A DNA stretch of 64,000 nucleotides from an uncultured Candidatus Saccharimonadales bacterium (GTDB lineage Bacteria; Patescibacteriota; Saccharimonadia; UBA4664). Below are positions 10,090 through 20,427 of this stretch, piece by piece. The stretch's first letter is position 1, and each line of letters starts with the position of its first letter. The stretch spans positions 78 to 64,077 of the forward strand of contig CAYXSN010000008.1 of the NCBI GenBank assembly GCA_964467655.1. Direction: 5' to 3'. Under the pieces are notes generated by a model that saw only the letters and a program-made list of their open reading frames with translations, was not told the DNA's origin and made no database searches. Both the position numbers and the translations under genes were made by a program.

Positions 10090-11082
10090 TTAACCGCGTT
10101 TGAGCGCAGCCATCACTGCCCGCACCAATTCGCTGATGGCGGCTTCCCGGTAGGCTGGGGTGACTTCAGGGGCGAGTTCCAGATGTCTGACCGTGCCAGT
10201 CGCACTGGACACCACCATGAAATCCCACAATTTCTCAAATTCAGCCTGGTCAAGCAACGTCTCGGTGGCGGCCGCCTCGGCCTTAAACGAGGCCTGCCAA
10301 TCGGGCATCGTGGCGCCCCGTATCCAGAACGTCACCAGGTCCATGAGTTCGTTGCCCCGCTGGGCATTCTCCCAGTCGATCAAGGCAATGTCGGCATTGT
10401 GGACAAAAATATGCATAGGATAAACTTCCCCATGGACCAATACTTGGGGTAAGCTGGCCACCCACGGCACCGCCGTCTCCAAATATGCTTCGATCTCAGG
10501 GCTGTAATGTTGCAGGGCCTGGGCAGAATTATCTAAGTTTAAACGTTTGACCCACGTCGACATGTGACGGGCGTCACTCTGAGAAGTTTCTACAGCCAGA
10601 TCAGGCAGGTCCAAAGACACCGCCTGGTAGTCTCTAATGTACCCGACCAGGCGCGAAATGTCGTTTGTCCTCCACGTCCCCGGATCAAAGCTAAATCCGT
10701 TATCAGCCAAGTCGACGGCCCGACCATGCACCATCGACCGGAGCGTCCAGGCCGGACGTTGCCGTTTATGGTTTAAAATTGACGGCACATGGCCTCGGAT
10801 GCGGTGCCGATGGTCGCCCAATGTCATCAAAACGTCGGCTTCAGCGAGCAGCTGGTCGGATGAATGCCACTCGGCTTGGTCGGTGCGTCGCCGCCAGGGC
10901 CAGTCATCGAGCACCACTTTGAGGACTCCCTCCTGGGCTGCTTGGCCATCTTGGCTGGGTAGTCTCACTCTACCAGTCCAAAACCGCGGACCCCGGCGCC
11001 ATATCGCCAAAACCTCTAATTGTTGCTCGTTCAATACTTGGGCAACTTCGGCTGGTATATCGTGTTTAGGAAACTCTTTCAT
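10090..11082 (-). CDS. phosphotransferase-family kinase (APH / maltokinase-like fold)
   Basis: LVHGEVYPMHIFV...IALIDWENAQRGNELMDL resembles the H-x-D...N...D catalytic and metal-binding loops of APH/Mak kinases; glucan-gene context. Confidence 0.55.
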   Translation of the reverse strand: MKEFPKHDIPAEVAQVLNEQQLEVLAIWRRGPRFWTGRVRLPSQDGQAAQEGVLKVVLDDWPWRRRTDQAEWHSSDQLLAEADVLMTLGDHRHRIRGHVPSILNHKRQRPAWTLRSMVHGRAVDLADNGFSFDPGTWRTNDISRLVGYIRDYQAVSLDLPDLAVETSQSDARHMSTWVKRLNLDNSAQALQHYSPEIEAYLETAVPWVASLPQVLVHGEVYPMHIFVHNADIALIDWENAQRGNELMDLVTFWIRGATMPDWQASFKAEAAATETLLDQAEFEKLWDFMVVSSATGTVRHLELAPEVTPAYREAAISELVRAVMAALKRG

Positions 11083-11957
11083 AAGCGGTTGCCCCTTTCA
11101 CCCTTTGGTTTATGTAGCCAGGCTTGCCAATCATGAGCTGCCCGATTGACCAGTCGTTCAGGCCCGATACCGGCTGCCCTCAACGCCAACAGGCACTCTC
11201 TGAGTTGATTGGGCACCGTAGGTTCGTTGAGCGAGCGCCAGTTAACTAATAGCCGTTCCAATTGTACCTGGTTGTGCAAATCAAACCCCAGCCACAACTG
11301 GGCCGGCCCCCGGCTTAAACTGGCGAGCCACGCAGTCCAGGCCCGCCGCCGCCAGGCTGGCTCGGTGATAACCGGGAATGAATTAACGTTGATTTCAATG
11401 GCAGTACCAGTGGCCGCCGCCCGCCGCCACAAAGGCTGCCAGTCGACCTCGGCTGCCGCAGCTTCAATCCCGCGCAAAGGGTGGCCCAAAACGTCGATTT
11501 CGGCCAGGTTGCAGACCTGCTCCAGGGCTGCCAGTCGGCTCGGCCCATCACTGAACTGGGCCGACCAGCCCCCGTGTACTGAGGCCACCACCACGGCGGC
11601 GCGGGTGCGTAAGGGTTCGGGCATATCAGTCCGGCCGTCAGGCAGTAAACTGCATTCAAACCCCTGCCAGACAGGTATATCGTCGACGGCAGTTTGCAGA
11701 GCCTGGTGCCTCAGTTGCCGTAGCCGCCAGCCATGGAGGCCCAGCCGCCAGGGCCGCACCGGGTTAGCAGTGTGGTTAGTGATAACTAAGTATTGCCAAG
11801 GAGCATCCGGTCCCAAAAGGCCCTGGGCCGTCAGCCAGCTCACGTATGATTGCACCGACTGGTCACTTTCGCGATGGCCATGGTAATTGCTCAGTCTGGT
11901 GTGCACATGTGCCAGACCGCCGAGATACTGCCTGACCCATGCATCGTTGGATTTCAC
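11079..11957 (-). CDS. PHP-domain (polymerase/histidinol-phosphatase-like) metal-dependent phosphoesterase
   Basis: N-terminal LAHVHTRLSNYHGH H-x-H motif; 4-nt overlap with downstream gene. Confidence 0.45.
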   Translation of the reverse strand: MKSNDAWVRQYLGGLAHVHTRLSNYHGHRESDQSVQSYVSWLTAQGLLGPDAPWQYLVITNHTANPVRPWRLGLHGWRLRQLRHQALQTAVDDIPVWQGFECSLLPDGRTDMPEPLRTRAAVVVASVHGGWSAQFSDGPSRLAALEQVCNLAEIDVLGHPLRGIEAAAAEVDWQPLWRRAAATGTAIEINVNSFPVITEPAWRRRAWTAWLASLSRGPAQLWLGFDLHNQVQLERLLVNWRSLNEPTVPNQLRECLLALRAAGIGPERLVNRAAHDWQAWLHKPKGERGNRL

Positions 11958-13699
11958 CAGCTGCCGCCTCCACCGCCACCGCCGCCGCCACCAGAGAAAC
12001 CACCGCCACCAAAGCCGCTACCACTCGAACTACTAGGTGGGCTAAAGCTGGTGTTGATAGCCCCCACAGCCCCATTGAGACTATGACTCAAGCTCAGAGC
12101 GTTAAAGGTGGTCCAGTGGCCACTGTACCAGTCGGGTTCAGCGGTATAAATATCGGTAAATTGCTGGGCCCAGGAATCTTCGACACCCAAGACGATGGCA
12201 TAAGGCAGTAACTTCTCGAACAACTCGACCGTCCTCTGAGGGGCTTCCGCCAGCGGCCGATTGTATTTGCGTGACACGCTTTGGAGCAGGTTGAGACGGT
12301 CTTTTTCGGCAGTGTTCAAATAGAGCTTTAAGCCTTGAATCTGTTCCCAGGCCGCCACTCCGCTACCGGTGCGTTTCGGCATGAGCACCGCCAGGGCAAA
12401 TACCGCCACCGCCGTGACGCCACAGGTAGTTGCCACCAGCGCCGACAGATTGGCTAGCATAAAAGCGCCTACCCCTAGGGCAATACCCACGGCCCACAGC
12501 CAGCCGCCACTCGTCACCGGGTTTGCCGGGAAAAAGCCTCGTTCAGTCAAAGACTTGGGCAAGGAGCTTGTTAGTTTTAATCTCAAGGCGGCTAGCTCTG
12601 TCCGCCGGTCCTTTATATCTTCTAGCACACTACCCGCCGTCTTATTCTCAAAGAGCGCCCCCAATAAGTCTTGTTCAAGCTCATTCAGGGTGCTCCAATC
12701 GGTTTTGAGCAACTCAAATTGATACTGGTTACCCGAGCTCAAAAAGCCTTTTTTCTCGACCTCAATAATGCGCACATACTTCCTAATAGCCAAATCTACC
12801 AAAGTAGCAGTGAGGTCACGAGATTCAAGCCGGTAGCCGTCGATCACGCCAGCTTCAGCCGGAGTCACGCCAGTTGGCGGTCCGTATTCGGGTACAATGA
12901 CCCCCCTGCCCTTGAGGTCACGGCCGTCCCGCCACCATTTACGCACACTCCAGCCGCCGGCCAACAAGGGGATTAATATGGCCAGGCCTAGTTCGACGGC
13001 GTGCTCACGCAACCAGTCGCGCCAGGTGGGTGCTACAAATACACCTTCGGGTAACTTGGCGGCTACCGTCAGCGTTTGATAAGCCGCTAGGCTTGTCGTC
13101 GTACTCGCACTCACCATGTCATTTTCAGAATGAACGGTACAATTCTGGGCGCTTGAGCCATAGGCACCAGTAAAGCAGAGGCTTTCACCAAAAGTCGAGC
13201 CCGACAGATGGATAGTGGCTGTCACGTGCTGAGTCTCGCTGTCCCATTGGTCACCGTTGATATCCCAGTACAATTGCGGCCGGCCGTCAAACCACCTCAC
13301 GACGTTGCGGACGGTGTAGTCAATCACGTACGATTGCCGGCCCGTCACAGTTTGGCTGGCGTCACCGATTTTCAATACGGTATTACCGTTGCTGGTTTCT
13401 TTGGTATAACCGCTAGGAGCGCCTGAAGGTGACGACACGCTGGTGATCGCTAGCTGCAAAGGTTGCTTTTGATAGGTTGAGGGGATCGCTCGTAAGATAC
13501 CATGCCTAGGCACCGCAAAATCAACGCTTATTGTTTCAACGATATGCAAGTGGCCCTGAGGGTCGCTGTTGGTCAGGGTCAGGTCGGAATTAAAATCGAC
13601 GATCGTCATCTCGTCGGCAGCTTGGGCCGTACCACCAGCGAGCCACCAAGCGGCCGCCACTATCATCAGTCCTAGGCTGCGCAGCACCAACGTCTTCAT
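11954..13699 (-). CDS. DUF2207-family membrane protein with C-terminal Gly-rich tail
   Basis: signal peptide, large extracellular N-domain, TM helices, C-terminal GGGGFSGGGGGGGGGGSW. Confidence 0.6.
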   Translation of the reverse strand: MKTLVLRSLGLMIVAAAWWLAGGTAQAADEMTIVDFNSDLTLTNSDPQGHLHIVETISVDFAVPRHGILRAIPSTYQKQPLQLAITSVSSPSGAPSGYTKETSNGNTVLKIGDASQTVTGRQSYVIDYTVRNVVRWFDGRPQLYWDINGDQWDSETQHVTATIHLSGSTFGESLCFTGAYGSSAQNCTVHSENDMVSASTTTSLAAYQTLTVAAKLPEGVFVAPTWRDWLREHAVELGLAILIPLLAGGWSVRKWWRDGRDLKGRGVIVPEYGPPTGVTPAEAGVIDGYRLESRDLTATLVDLAIRKYVRIIEVEKKGFLSSGNQYQFELLKTDWSTLNELEQDLLGALFENKTAGSVLEDIKDRRTELAALRLKLTSSLPKSLTERGFFPANPVTSGGWLWAVGIALGVGAFMLANLSALVATTCGVTAVAVFALAVLMPKRTGSGVAAWEQIQGLKLYLNTAEKDRLNLLQSVSRKYNRPLAEAPQRTVELFEKLLPYAIVLGVEDSWAQQFTDIYTAEPDWYSGHWTTFNALSLSHSLNGAVGAINTSFSPPSSSSGSGFGGGGFSGGGGGGGGGGSW

Positions 13700-13712
13700 A
13701 GATTCCAGTATA

Positions 13713-15167
13713 TCAGTCCCGGCTGCTGCGGGCCTTGATCGCCGCTCGGTAGATTTTGACGTATTTTTTGGCTGGAATTTCCCAGGAGTATGAGAGCTCC
13801 ATGGCCCGCCCCATCAGATTCCACCATTCTGTCTTGCGGCTCCAGACGGCCAATGCCCTATCAATGGCCGCCAGGAGCGCGCCGCCGGTGTAGTCTTCAA
13901 ACACAAAGCCGTTCGTGCCTTTTGCCCGCGGGCTGTACTCAAAGATGGTATCGGCCAGTCCGCCAGTGCGGCGCACCACCGGGATGGTACCGTAGCGCAG
14001 GCTGTACAGTTGGCCAAGCCCGCTCGGTTCAAACAAGCTGGGCATCAAAAACATATCAGCTCCCGCATACAGCAGGCTGCCCATGGCACTGGAGTAAGGC
14101 CGGTAAGCAATCTGTTTGGGGTACTGTTGAGCTTTGCGGCAGAGTATCTCGTCGTATTCTTCTTTTTGTGAAGTGCCGATAACTACCAGCTGTACGCCCC
14201 GGGCCATAAGTTCGTCGAGAATTTCGAAAACCAGGCTATAACCTTTTTGCTCTGTGATGCGCGAATTCATACCCAAAATAGGGAAACTGTCGTCAATCGG
14301 CAAGCCGAGCCGGTGTTGCAAAGCGCGTTTGTTATCGTACTTGCGATGCAAAATGTAGTGGTCGTAATTGACAGGCAGGTGAGGGTCGAACATAGGATTC
14401 CAATGGGCATAATCAACACCGTTCCGAATGCCAAAAAAATGTTTCGCCCGCGGAGTCAACACATCATGCAATCCGTGACTCGTGGCTTTCTCGAGCAGCT
14501 CCTTGGCATATTGTTCACTGACGGTCGTCACAATATCGGCATGCACAATACCCCGTTTGAGAAAATTTAGGTACGGGACCTGCTCTAAATCCAAAGGCAG
14601 CTTACCAGCTCCTTCATCCTGTTGTTCTTTCGGGATGGAACGCTGGCTATTGATTGATACATAGGCACTATTATGGATAGACTGGACGGTAGCGATGCGA
14701 GCATACTTGGAGCTGGCCGGTAAATCGGCGATCAAATTTGGTACCAAGCCGGCGTGCCAATCATGCACTTGGATGATGTCCGGGATCCAGTCCAGCGTGT
14801 CGAGCAATTTAAACACGCTGACGTTGAAGGCGTAAAAGGGCAGGTTGCCAGCTGTGTGATCGTACATTGCTTGGCGGTCACTAGGAAAATAGTCTTCACT
14901 TTCGAAAAAATAGATTGGCACCTCTTGGGCCAGGATACTGGCCGAGAACGATACCGCCGACTTGGTACCGCCCATAGTGAGGGTCGTCGGTCGGCCGATG
15001 GGCACGAAGGCCAAACGCTGTTCATCGATGGCGCCATACTTGGGCATGTACACCCTCACGTCATGGCCAAGCCGGTGGACAGCCTTGGGCAAGGCCTCCA
15101 TGACTTCACCCAAACCACCAGTTTTGGCGTACGGTGAGACTTCGCCCGCAATCATGAGGATATTCAT
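13713..15167 (-). CDS. glgA: glycogen synthase
   Basis: N-terminal MNILMIAGEVSPYAKTGGLGEV (KTGGL motif) and GT5/GT1 C-terminal fold. Confidence 0.9.
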   Translation of the reverse strand: MNILMIAGEVSPYAKTGGLGEVMEALPKAVHRLGHDVRVYMPKYGAIDEQRLAFVPIGRPTTLTMGGTKSAVSFSASILAQEVPIYFFESEDYFPSDRQAMYDHTAGNLPFYAFNVSVFKLLDTLDWIPDIIQVHDWHAGLVPNLIADLPASSKYARIATVQSIHNSAYVSINSQRSIPKEQQDEGAGKLPLDLEQVPYLNFLKRGIVHADIVTTVSEQYAKELLEKATSHGLHDVLTPRAKHFFGIRNGVDYAHWNPMFDPHLPVNYDHYILHRKYDNKRALQHRLGLPIDDSFPILGMNSRITEQKGYSLVFEILDELMARGVQLVVIGTSQKEEYDEILCRKAQQYPKQIAYRPYSSAMGSLLYAGADMFLMPSLFEPSGLGQLYSLRYGTIPVVRRTGGLADTIFEYSPRAKGTNGFVFEDYTGGALLAAIDRALAVWSRKTEWWNLMGRAMELSYSWEIPAKKYVKIYRAAIKARSSRD

Positions 15168-15219
15168 AGCAACTTAATTGTACGCGTCAAGCGAGGTCAG
15201 CAGCAAACATGAGAGGATT

Positions 15220-15237
15220 CATCACCATGAGGTGATG
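15220..15237. promoter_or_regulatory. palindrome CATCACC-ATGA-GGTGATG overlapping the ruvA core promoter (TACAAT -10 at 15239-15244)
   Basis: direct reading; 7-bp perfect arms; located 15 nt upstream of the ruvA ATG. Confidence 0.35.
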
Positions 15238-15251
15238 CTACAATACCAGGT

Positions 15252-15809
15252 ATGATTATAACGTTGGCCGGTAGTATAACCGAAAAATTGGGCGACAGTT
15301 TGGTCGTGGAGGCCGGCGGTATTGGATATGAGGTCGTGGTGACGGTCGAAACCTGGGGCGCCGCCCGCCCGGGCCAGGAGAGCAAATATTACATCTACGA
15401 GCATATCAGGGAGGACGCTCACCAGCTGTATGGCTTTACTGACTTGGCCGGCAGGCAGCTGTTTATCCAGCTGATCGGCGTCAATGGGGTGGGGCCCAAA
15501 TCAGCCATGCAAATATTAAGCGCCGGTGGCACCAGCCGTTTGCAACAAGCCATTGAGTCGGGGGATCCGGGCCTACTCAAGGGCATCACCGGCGTCGGGC
15601 CCAAAACGGCCCAGCGCATCGTGCTCGATCTGCGGGGTAAGCTTGAATTGGGACCGGGCGGTTTGGCGCCGGTGGCAGACAGCGCCTACCAGGCATTGGT
15701 CGGCTTAGGCTATACCCCGGCCCAGGCAACCCAGGCAGTAGCCGCCATTCCTGAGGGCCTTACCAGCGATCAAGACAGAATCAAGGCTGCCCTCAAATAC
15801 ATCAAGTAA
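15252..15809 (+). CDS. ruvA: Holliday junction branch migration complex subunit RuvA
   Basis: MIITLAGSITEK...GVNGVGPKSAMQIL...GVGPKTAQRIVLDL (two HhH motifs). Confidence 0.9.
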   Translation: MIITLAGSITEKLGDSLVVEAGGIGYEVVVTVETWGAARPGQESKYYIYEHIREDAHQLYGFTDLAGRQLFIQLIGVNGVGPKSAMQILSAGGTSRLQQAIESGDPGLLKGITGVGPKTAQRIVLDLRGKLELGPGGLAPVADSAYQALVGLGYTPAQATQAVAAIPEGLTSDQDRIKAALKYIK

Positions 15810-15845
15810 TAAATTCCCCCCGTACGCACTGATCGTACAGGGGTA

Positions 15846-16469
15846 CTAGGAAACAGTTGGATCGAGCGGGACATGGGTTGAATTGCAAGCTTGCCTAGGG
15901 CAGCCAAGCTGTCCTAGGCAAGCTTGCAAGGCAGTCTGCCAGCGCTTGGGGCAATGTACAATCAATCCTGGCTGGCTCATTGTAATATCTACGTGGTAGA
16001 TGCCTTTGAGGGTAATACCATGGGGACTACTGTCTCCGATGTTCCACTCAATGGCCCGAAACCGGTAGCTGGGCTTGCCATCGGCACTGGGCAGGACTTC
16101 GAGGGTACAAAGATAGACGTATCTGCTGCAGCGGCGCCAGCGGTGCTTGGTGTCGGCCGCCCCGCCACTCGGGGGCATGACGGTGCCATCGGGCCGGCAG
16201 AACACTTCGCTGCGACTGGTCGTGGGCTCTGTTTGGGCCCACACTTGTGGCCTGTAGACCACAGCGGGACCGATTCCCTCAGGAATGGGGCCGCACACAA
16301 TCTGTGAAGCCGGTGCATTGGTCGTTGCTTCCGGCACGATCGGCAAAGCCACCACCATGGCAGAGGGATTATTGAGTTGTCCGAGCAACAACCGGTCCTC
16401 AGGCGGGATAGTACGAATCTGACGGCCAGTCACGGCCTGAATCAAGTAAGCTCCAGTAATACGGGCCAT
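15846..16469 (-). CDS. hypothetical protein (doubtful ORF)
   Basis: 207-aa ORF between ruvA and ruvB with no recognisable motif; the large palindrome lies inside it; could be a spurious high-GC ORF. Confidence 0.25.
   Translation of the reverse strand: MARITGAYLIQAVTGRQIRTIPPEDRLLLGQLNNPSAMVVALPIVPEATTNAPASQIVCGPIPEGIGPAVVYRPQVWAQTEPTTSRSEVFCRPDGTVMPPSGGAADTKHRWRRCSRYVYLCTLEVLPSADGKPSYRFRAIEWNIGDSSPHGITLKGIYHVDITMSQPGLIVHCPKRWQTALQACLGQLGCPRQACNSTHVPLDPTVS
15883..15929. repeat. perfect 17-bp inverted repeat TTGCAAGCTTGCCTAGG ... CCTAGGCAAGCTTGCAA with 13-nt loop
   Basis: direct reading; 75 nt downstream of ruvA stop; no flanking T-run. Confidence 0.6.
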
Positions 16470-16599
16470 TGTTCACCAACCGATCTAGGAAAGGAGCAAG
16501 CTGGAGGTCTACCACCCCTCAACCGAATGATAATTGTAGTTATAAACATTTTTCCTGTCAAGTTGCCAGTGCGGCTGCCGTTCGGTACAATAACCTGGT

Positions 16600-17622
16600 A
16601 TGATTGAACGCATCGTAGCTCCAGTAGCCGATAGTGAATCCCCTGAAGCGCTAGCTGAAGAGCGAACGTTTGCCAATTTGCGTCCCACGACCTTTGCTGC
16701 CTATGTGGGCCAGGAGCTGCTCAAGAAGAATCTGCAGCTCGCCATAGCGGCTGCCCAGCATCGGGCCGAACCCGTTGATCACATATTGCTCTACGGCCCT
16801 CCCGGCTTGGGTAAAACTACCATGGCCGGTATTATTGCTGCCGAAATGGGGGCGGCTTTACGCCTCACCAGCGGGCCGGCCGTCGAACGGGCAGGGGATT
16901 TAGCTAGTTTGCTCACCAACCTGGCCCCTGGCGATGTCTTGTTTATCGATGAGATTCATCGGCTGCCCAAGACTGTCGAAGAAATTCTATATCCCGCCAT
17001 GGAAGATTTCGGCCTCGATATCATGCTAGGTAAAGGGCCATCTGCCAAATCAATCAGGCTTGACCTGCCGCGGTTCACTATCATTGGGGCCACCACCAGG
17101 GCTGGCGCTTTGTCGGCGCCATTGCGCGACAGGTTTGGGCATGTGCACCGGCTCGAATACTATTCACCCTCAGAAATGCACCAGATTATCACCAGAGCGG
17201 CCGGCATCCTGGGGATTACCATCGACCCCGATGCTGTCACCGAGATTAGTACCCGAGCCAGATTGACGCCTCGGATTGCCAACCGTCTGCTCAAGCGGGT
17301 ACGCGATTACGCTCAGGTCAAACAGGTTGATACCATTACCCGCACTGACGCCCGCGAGGCGCTGCACTTGCTGGAAATTGACGAACTGGGGTTAGACGCC
17401 GCCGACAGGTCGCTGCTGGAAGCCATCATCAGGCACTACGCCGGCGGACCGGTTGGGCTGGCCACCTTAGCCGCCTTGTGCTCAGAAGAAACCACCACCA
17501 TTGAAGATATTTATGAGCCGTATCTCATGCAGATCGGTCTGCTTGAACGCACACCCCGAGGGCGGCGGGTGACGGCGAAGGCGTACCAGCATCTCGGACA
17601 TCAGATACCAGCTCCGCGCTAA
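16600..17622 (+). CDS. ruvB: Holliday junction ATP-dependent DNA helicase RuvB
   Basis: Walker [10 protein letters not shown], Walker [10 protein letters not shown], sensor motifs. Confidence 0.92.
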   Translation: MIERIVAPVADSESPEALAEERTFANLRPTTFAAYVGQELLKKNLQLAIAAAQHRAEPVDHILLYGPPGLGKTTMAGIIAAEMGAALRLTSGPAVERAGDLASLLTNLAPGDVLFIDEIHRLPKTVEEILYPAMEDFGLDIMLGKGPSAKSIRLDLPRFTIIGATTRAGALSAPLRDRFGHVHRLEYYSPSEMHQIITRAAGILGITIDPDAVTEISTRARLTPRIANRLLKRVRDYAQVKQVDTITRTDAREALHLLEIDELGLDAADRSLLEAIIRHYAGGPVGLATLAALCSEETTTIEDIYEPYLMQIGLLERTPRGRRVTAKAYQHLGHQIPAPR

Positions 17623-17661
17623 CTCTTTCATCTGAGGACGAGAGCGGCTACAATCAGGCGT

Positions 17662-19404
17662 ATGCGCCAATCTGCCACCTCCGCTATCAAGAGATTCGTG
17701 GTTCGCCAGGTCCACAGTACCCGGAGCTGGTGGTCGTTTGAACTGCCTCTAAATCTGGCGTTTGCAATTTCGCTCCCCTTGATGGCTTTTACGAAGCAAC
17801 TTCAGCCTTACAATTACCTCATAGAAGTATGGTTGCCCCTTGGCTTGTTTGCGCTGATGGCGGTAGTTTTGAGCATGCTATTTCATTTCAGTCTGCCTGC
17901 GGGCGCCCCCCGCCTGGCTGCAAGCATTAGCGCATTCTACTGGTTAATGGTTCAGTACCCCGACAGGATCAAAGCCTCGTCGGGCAACGCCTTGCTGGCC
18001 TTCATACCTGGCAAAGGACCGCTGGTTACCATTATTACCCTGCTGAGCGGTAGCTACGCTCTGGGTTGGGCGGTAGTGTGGCTGGGCCGGCGTTGGCATC
18101 CAGCTGCCCAGTTTGCTCGAACGCTGCTAGCCTCATTTTGCTTGGTCATGCTCACCTACCATAGTCTGGGCCTGGGGCTATTTATCGGCCGCCAAGCTGC
18201 GGTTATGGCCTACACTCCGCCCGTAGTCCCGCTCGTCAAGGTCCAGGCGCCCGCAGTATCTCGTGATGTGTACTACATCGTGCTCGACAGATACGCCAGC
18301 CAAACAGTGCTGCGGCAAGATTTTGGCTTCGACAACTCGGCTTTTTATCAAAATCTCACCGATCAAGGCTTTACCGTCACGCCTGATGCCTTTGCCAATT
18401 ACCCGTTTACTGCCATGTCGCTGGCTTCCACGCTCAACATGGACTACCTGGCTGACGTATCGGCTAAGCTCAAAGACCAAACCACCTACAGCCAACTGCC
18501 ATACCGGCGTCTATTTGAAGTCAATCAAGTAGCTCAAACTTTTATGGCCGCTGGCTATCATACCTACAACATTAGTTCCTGGTTTGGAGTGGCTCGAACT
18601 ATGGCAGGCGCTACCAACCTGACTCAGGACCAATTCAATTTTAACCTGGCCGGTGACCACCAGGACTTATCTGACTACCAACAGGCGGTACTCGGCCAGA
18701 CGGTATATACCACGCTACTCAACGGCGGCCGCCAGATCGGCAGCATCACGGTCGGACAAATGCTGCCGACCCGCTCACCTGTCGATACGTTTAACCGCCA
18801 AATTAATACCGTACTGCAAGCGGCGTCCGATCACACGCCGGGGCCAAAATTTGTATTCACCCATCTCATTTCGCCCCATCCCCCGTATATCTTCACCAAC
18901 GATGGTCAGCCAGTGTCATATAATGATGAAGACAACGATCAGGGTATTCCTCGGGAGCAAAAATATCTTAACCAACTGCAATATCTCAATCAGCGGATCC
19001 TGCAAATGGTTGAACAAATTAAATCGGCTAGCCAAGTACCTCCGATCATTGTGATTGCCGCCGATGAAGGCCCTTACCCGCGCCAGTTCGCCGAAGTTGC
19101 TCCCGAAGCAGGAGGTGATTACAAGTGGGAACAGGCCGACGCCTCAGTTATTAGACACAAAGCCGGCATCTTCCAGGCAGCTTTTTTGCCCGAAGCTTCG
19201 GCTGAAGTCACAGCCCGTTTGACGACGCCGGTAAACACTTTCAGGTTAATTTTTAACCAGTATTTTGACGCCGGCTTGCCCTATTTACCTGATTGCAGTT
19301 TTATCTCGGATAATGACGCACCGTACAGATTTATCGACCTCACCCCGGCGTTAGCGTCAACACCCGACCCAGCCTGTGCTCAAATGAGGGGACCGACACC
19401 ATGA
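17662..19404 (+). CDS. membrane-anchored alkaline-phosphatase-superfamily (sulfatase / LtaS / EptA-like) protein
   Basis: five N-terminal TM helices followed by an extracytoplasmic domain beginning DVYYIVLDRYAS, resembling the metal-binding and nucleophile region of the sulfatase superfamily. Confidence 0.45.
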   Translation: MRQSATSAIKRFVVRQVHSTRSWWSFELPLNLAFAISLPLMAFTKQLQPYNYLIEVWLPLGLFALMAVVLSMLFHFSLPAGAPRLAASISAFYWLMVQYPDRIKASSGNALLAFIPGKGPLVTIITLLSGSYALGWAVVWLGRRWHPAAQFARTLLASFCLVMLTYHSLGLGLFIGRQAAVMAYTPPVVPLVKVQAPAVSRDVYYIVLDRYASQTVLRQDFGFDNSAFYQNLTDQGFTVTPDAFANYPFTAMSLASTLNMDYLADVSAKLKDQTTYSQLPYRRLFEVNQVAQTFMAAGYHTYNISSWFGVARTMAGATNLTQDQFNFNLAGDHQDLSDYQQAVLGQTVYTTLLNGGRQIGSITVGQMLPTRSPVDTFNRQINTVLQAASDHTPGPKFVFTHLISPHPPYIFTNDGQPVSYNDEDNDQGIPREQKYLNQLQYLNQRILQMVEQIKSASQVPPIIVIAADEGPYPRQFAEVAPEAGGDYKWEQADASVIRHKAGIFQAAFLPEASAEVTARLTTPVNTFRLIFNQYFDAGLPYLPDCSFISDNDAPYRFIDLTPALASTPDPACAQMRGPTP

Positions 19405-19588
19405 AGCCAAAACCGTTCGGCCCACCCGCCCAAACCCTGAGCCTGCCTATGACTGACCTTGAGGCAAAGGTGTACCAGGCTAGTCAGTGGGGGCGCCGGC
19501 TATCAAGTTTACTGGCTGAGCTTGAGAAGCAAGCCGGTATCAGCAAAGGGTCTGGAGCAATTGGCAATTGGCGCCACAGGCCCAAGTC

Positions 19589-19876
19589 CTAACGGAACGG
19601 ATCTTCCGAACCGAGCGCCCCGGCAGGAACGGCACCACTGACGTTGTCGAGGTTCTTGAGGGCTTCAATAGTTTTCTTGTCGAAAGTTATTTTGGTTGTG
19701 CTGCTACCAGAATCAGCGGCCCGCGGTGCCGGCATCACATTCATGGCACCGTTGACCACGTAAGCCGTATAGGCGAACACGGCTACTAAGGCGGCTCCAA
19801 AAAGATACGGCTGGGCCAGACGCAGTGCCTTCATGAGGGCTTTGGGATTAAGGCTAAGCTTGAGATTCATATTCAT
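19589..19876 (-). CDS. small membrane protein, last gene of the pilMNO operon (PilP-like position)
   Basis: start codon overlaps pilO stop (translational coupling); one TM helix. Confidence 0.4.
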   Translation of the reverse strand: MNMNLKLSLNPKALMKALRLAQPYLFGAALVAVFAYTAYVVNGAMNVMPAPRAADSGSSTTKITFDKKTIEALKNLDNVSGAVPAGALGSEDPFR

Positions 19877-20427
19877 GGTTTGATATAGGCGTTTAAACTG
19901 ATTGAATACACGATTGGTTTGGTTTTGTCGGGTCGGCTAATACCCAGATTTGTGACATTTGTGAAGCGGTTGAGGCGCTCAACTTTTTTGAGAAATGTTT
20001 GCAATTGCTCATAAGTGCCGGCCAGCTGAAAACTAATCGGCAACGCCAGTACCTGTCCACTCTTGACGGTTTGGGAGGTGCTAGTGGGCACGCCCACTGG
20101 GCTCGGCATGCTAATAGTCGAAATGTTCAGGCCCGATGCCCCGGCTATGTTCTGTAATTGGGCCAAGACCTCAGTCTGCTTCTTATCTTTGGGCAGGGCA
20201 TTGTTGATGAGCGTGAGATTGGGTGCCACATCGCGGTCATACTGTCGCTTGAGGGTCGCTAACTTTTCGATTTCCTGCGACGCCTCTTCGGCGGCGGCCA
20301 GCTTATCGGCCACGGCTAGTTTCTGGGCATTCAACTGTTTGAGGGCGTAATAATACCCACCGCCGCCACCACCCAGCACAAGTGCTAGAACGACGAGGAG
20401 TACATAAAAGAAGCGCTTAGGATCCAT
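19873..20427 (-). CDS. pilO: type IV pilus assembly protein PilO
   Basis: N-terminal TM plus coiled coil plus C-terminal ferredoxin-like region; coupled to pilN. Confidence 0.7.
   Translation of the reverse strand: MDPKRFFYVLLVVLALVLGGGGGGYYYALKQLNAQKLAVADKLAAAEEASQEIEKLATLKRQYDRDVAPNLTLINNALPKDKKQTEVLAQLQNIAGASGLNISTISMPSPVGVPTSTSQTVKSGQVLALPISFQLAGTYEQLQTFLKKVERLNRFTNVTNLGISRPDKTKPIVYSISLNAYIKP

Noticed and set aside
11850-12086. 78-aa plus-strand ORF encoding a poly-Pro run
   Set aside because: It is the antisense reading of the poly-Gly tail (GGC/GCC repeats) of the DUF2207 gene.
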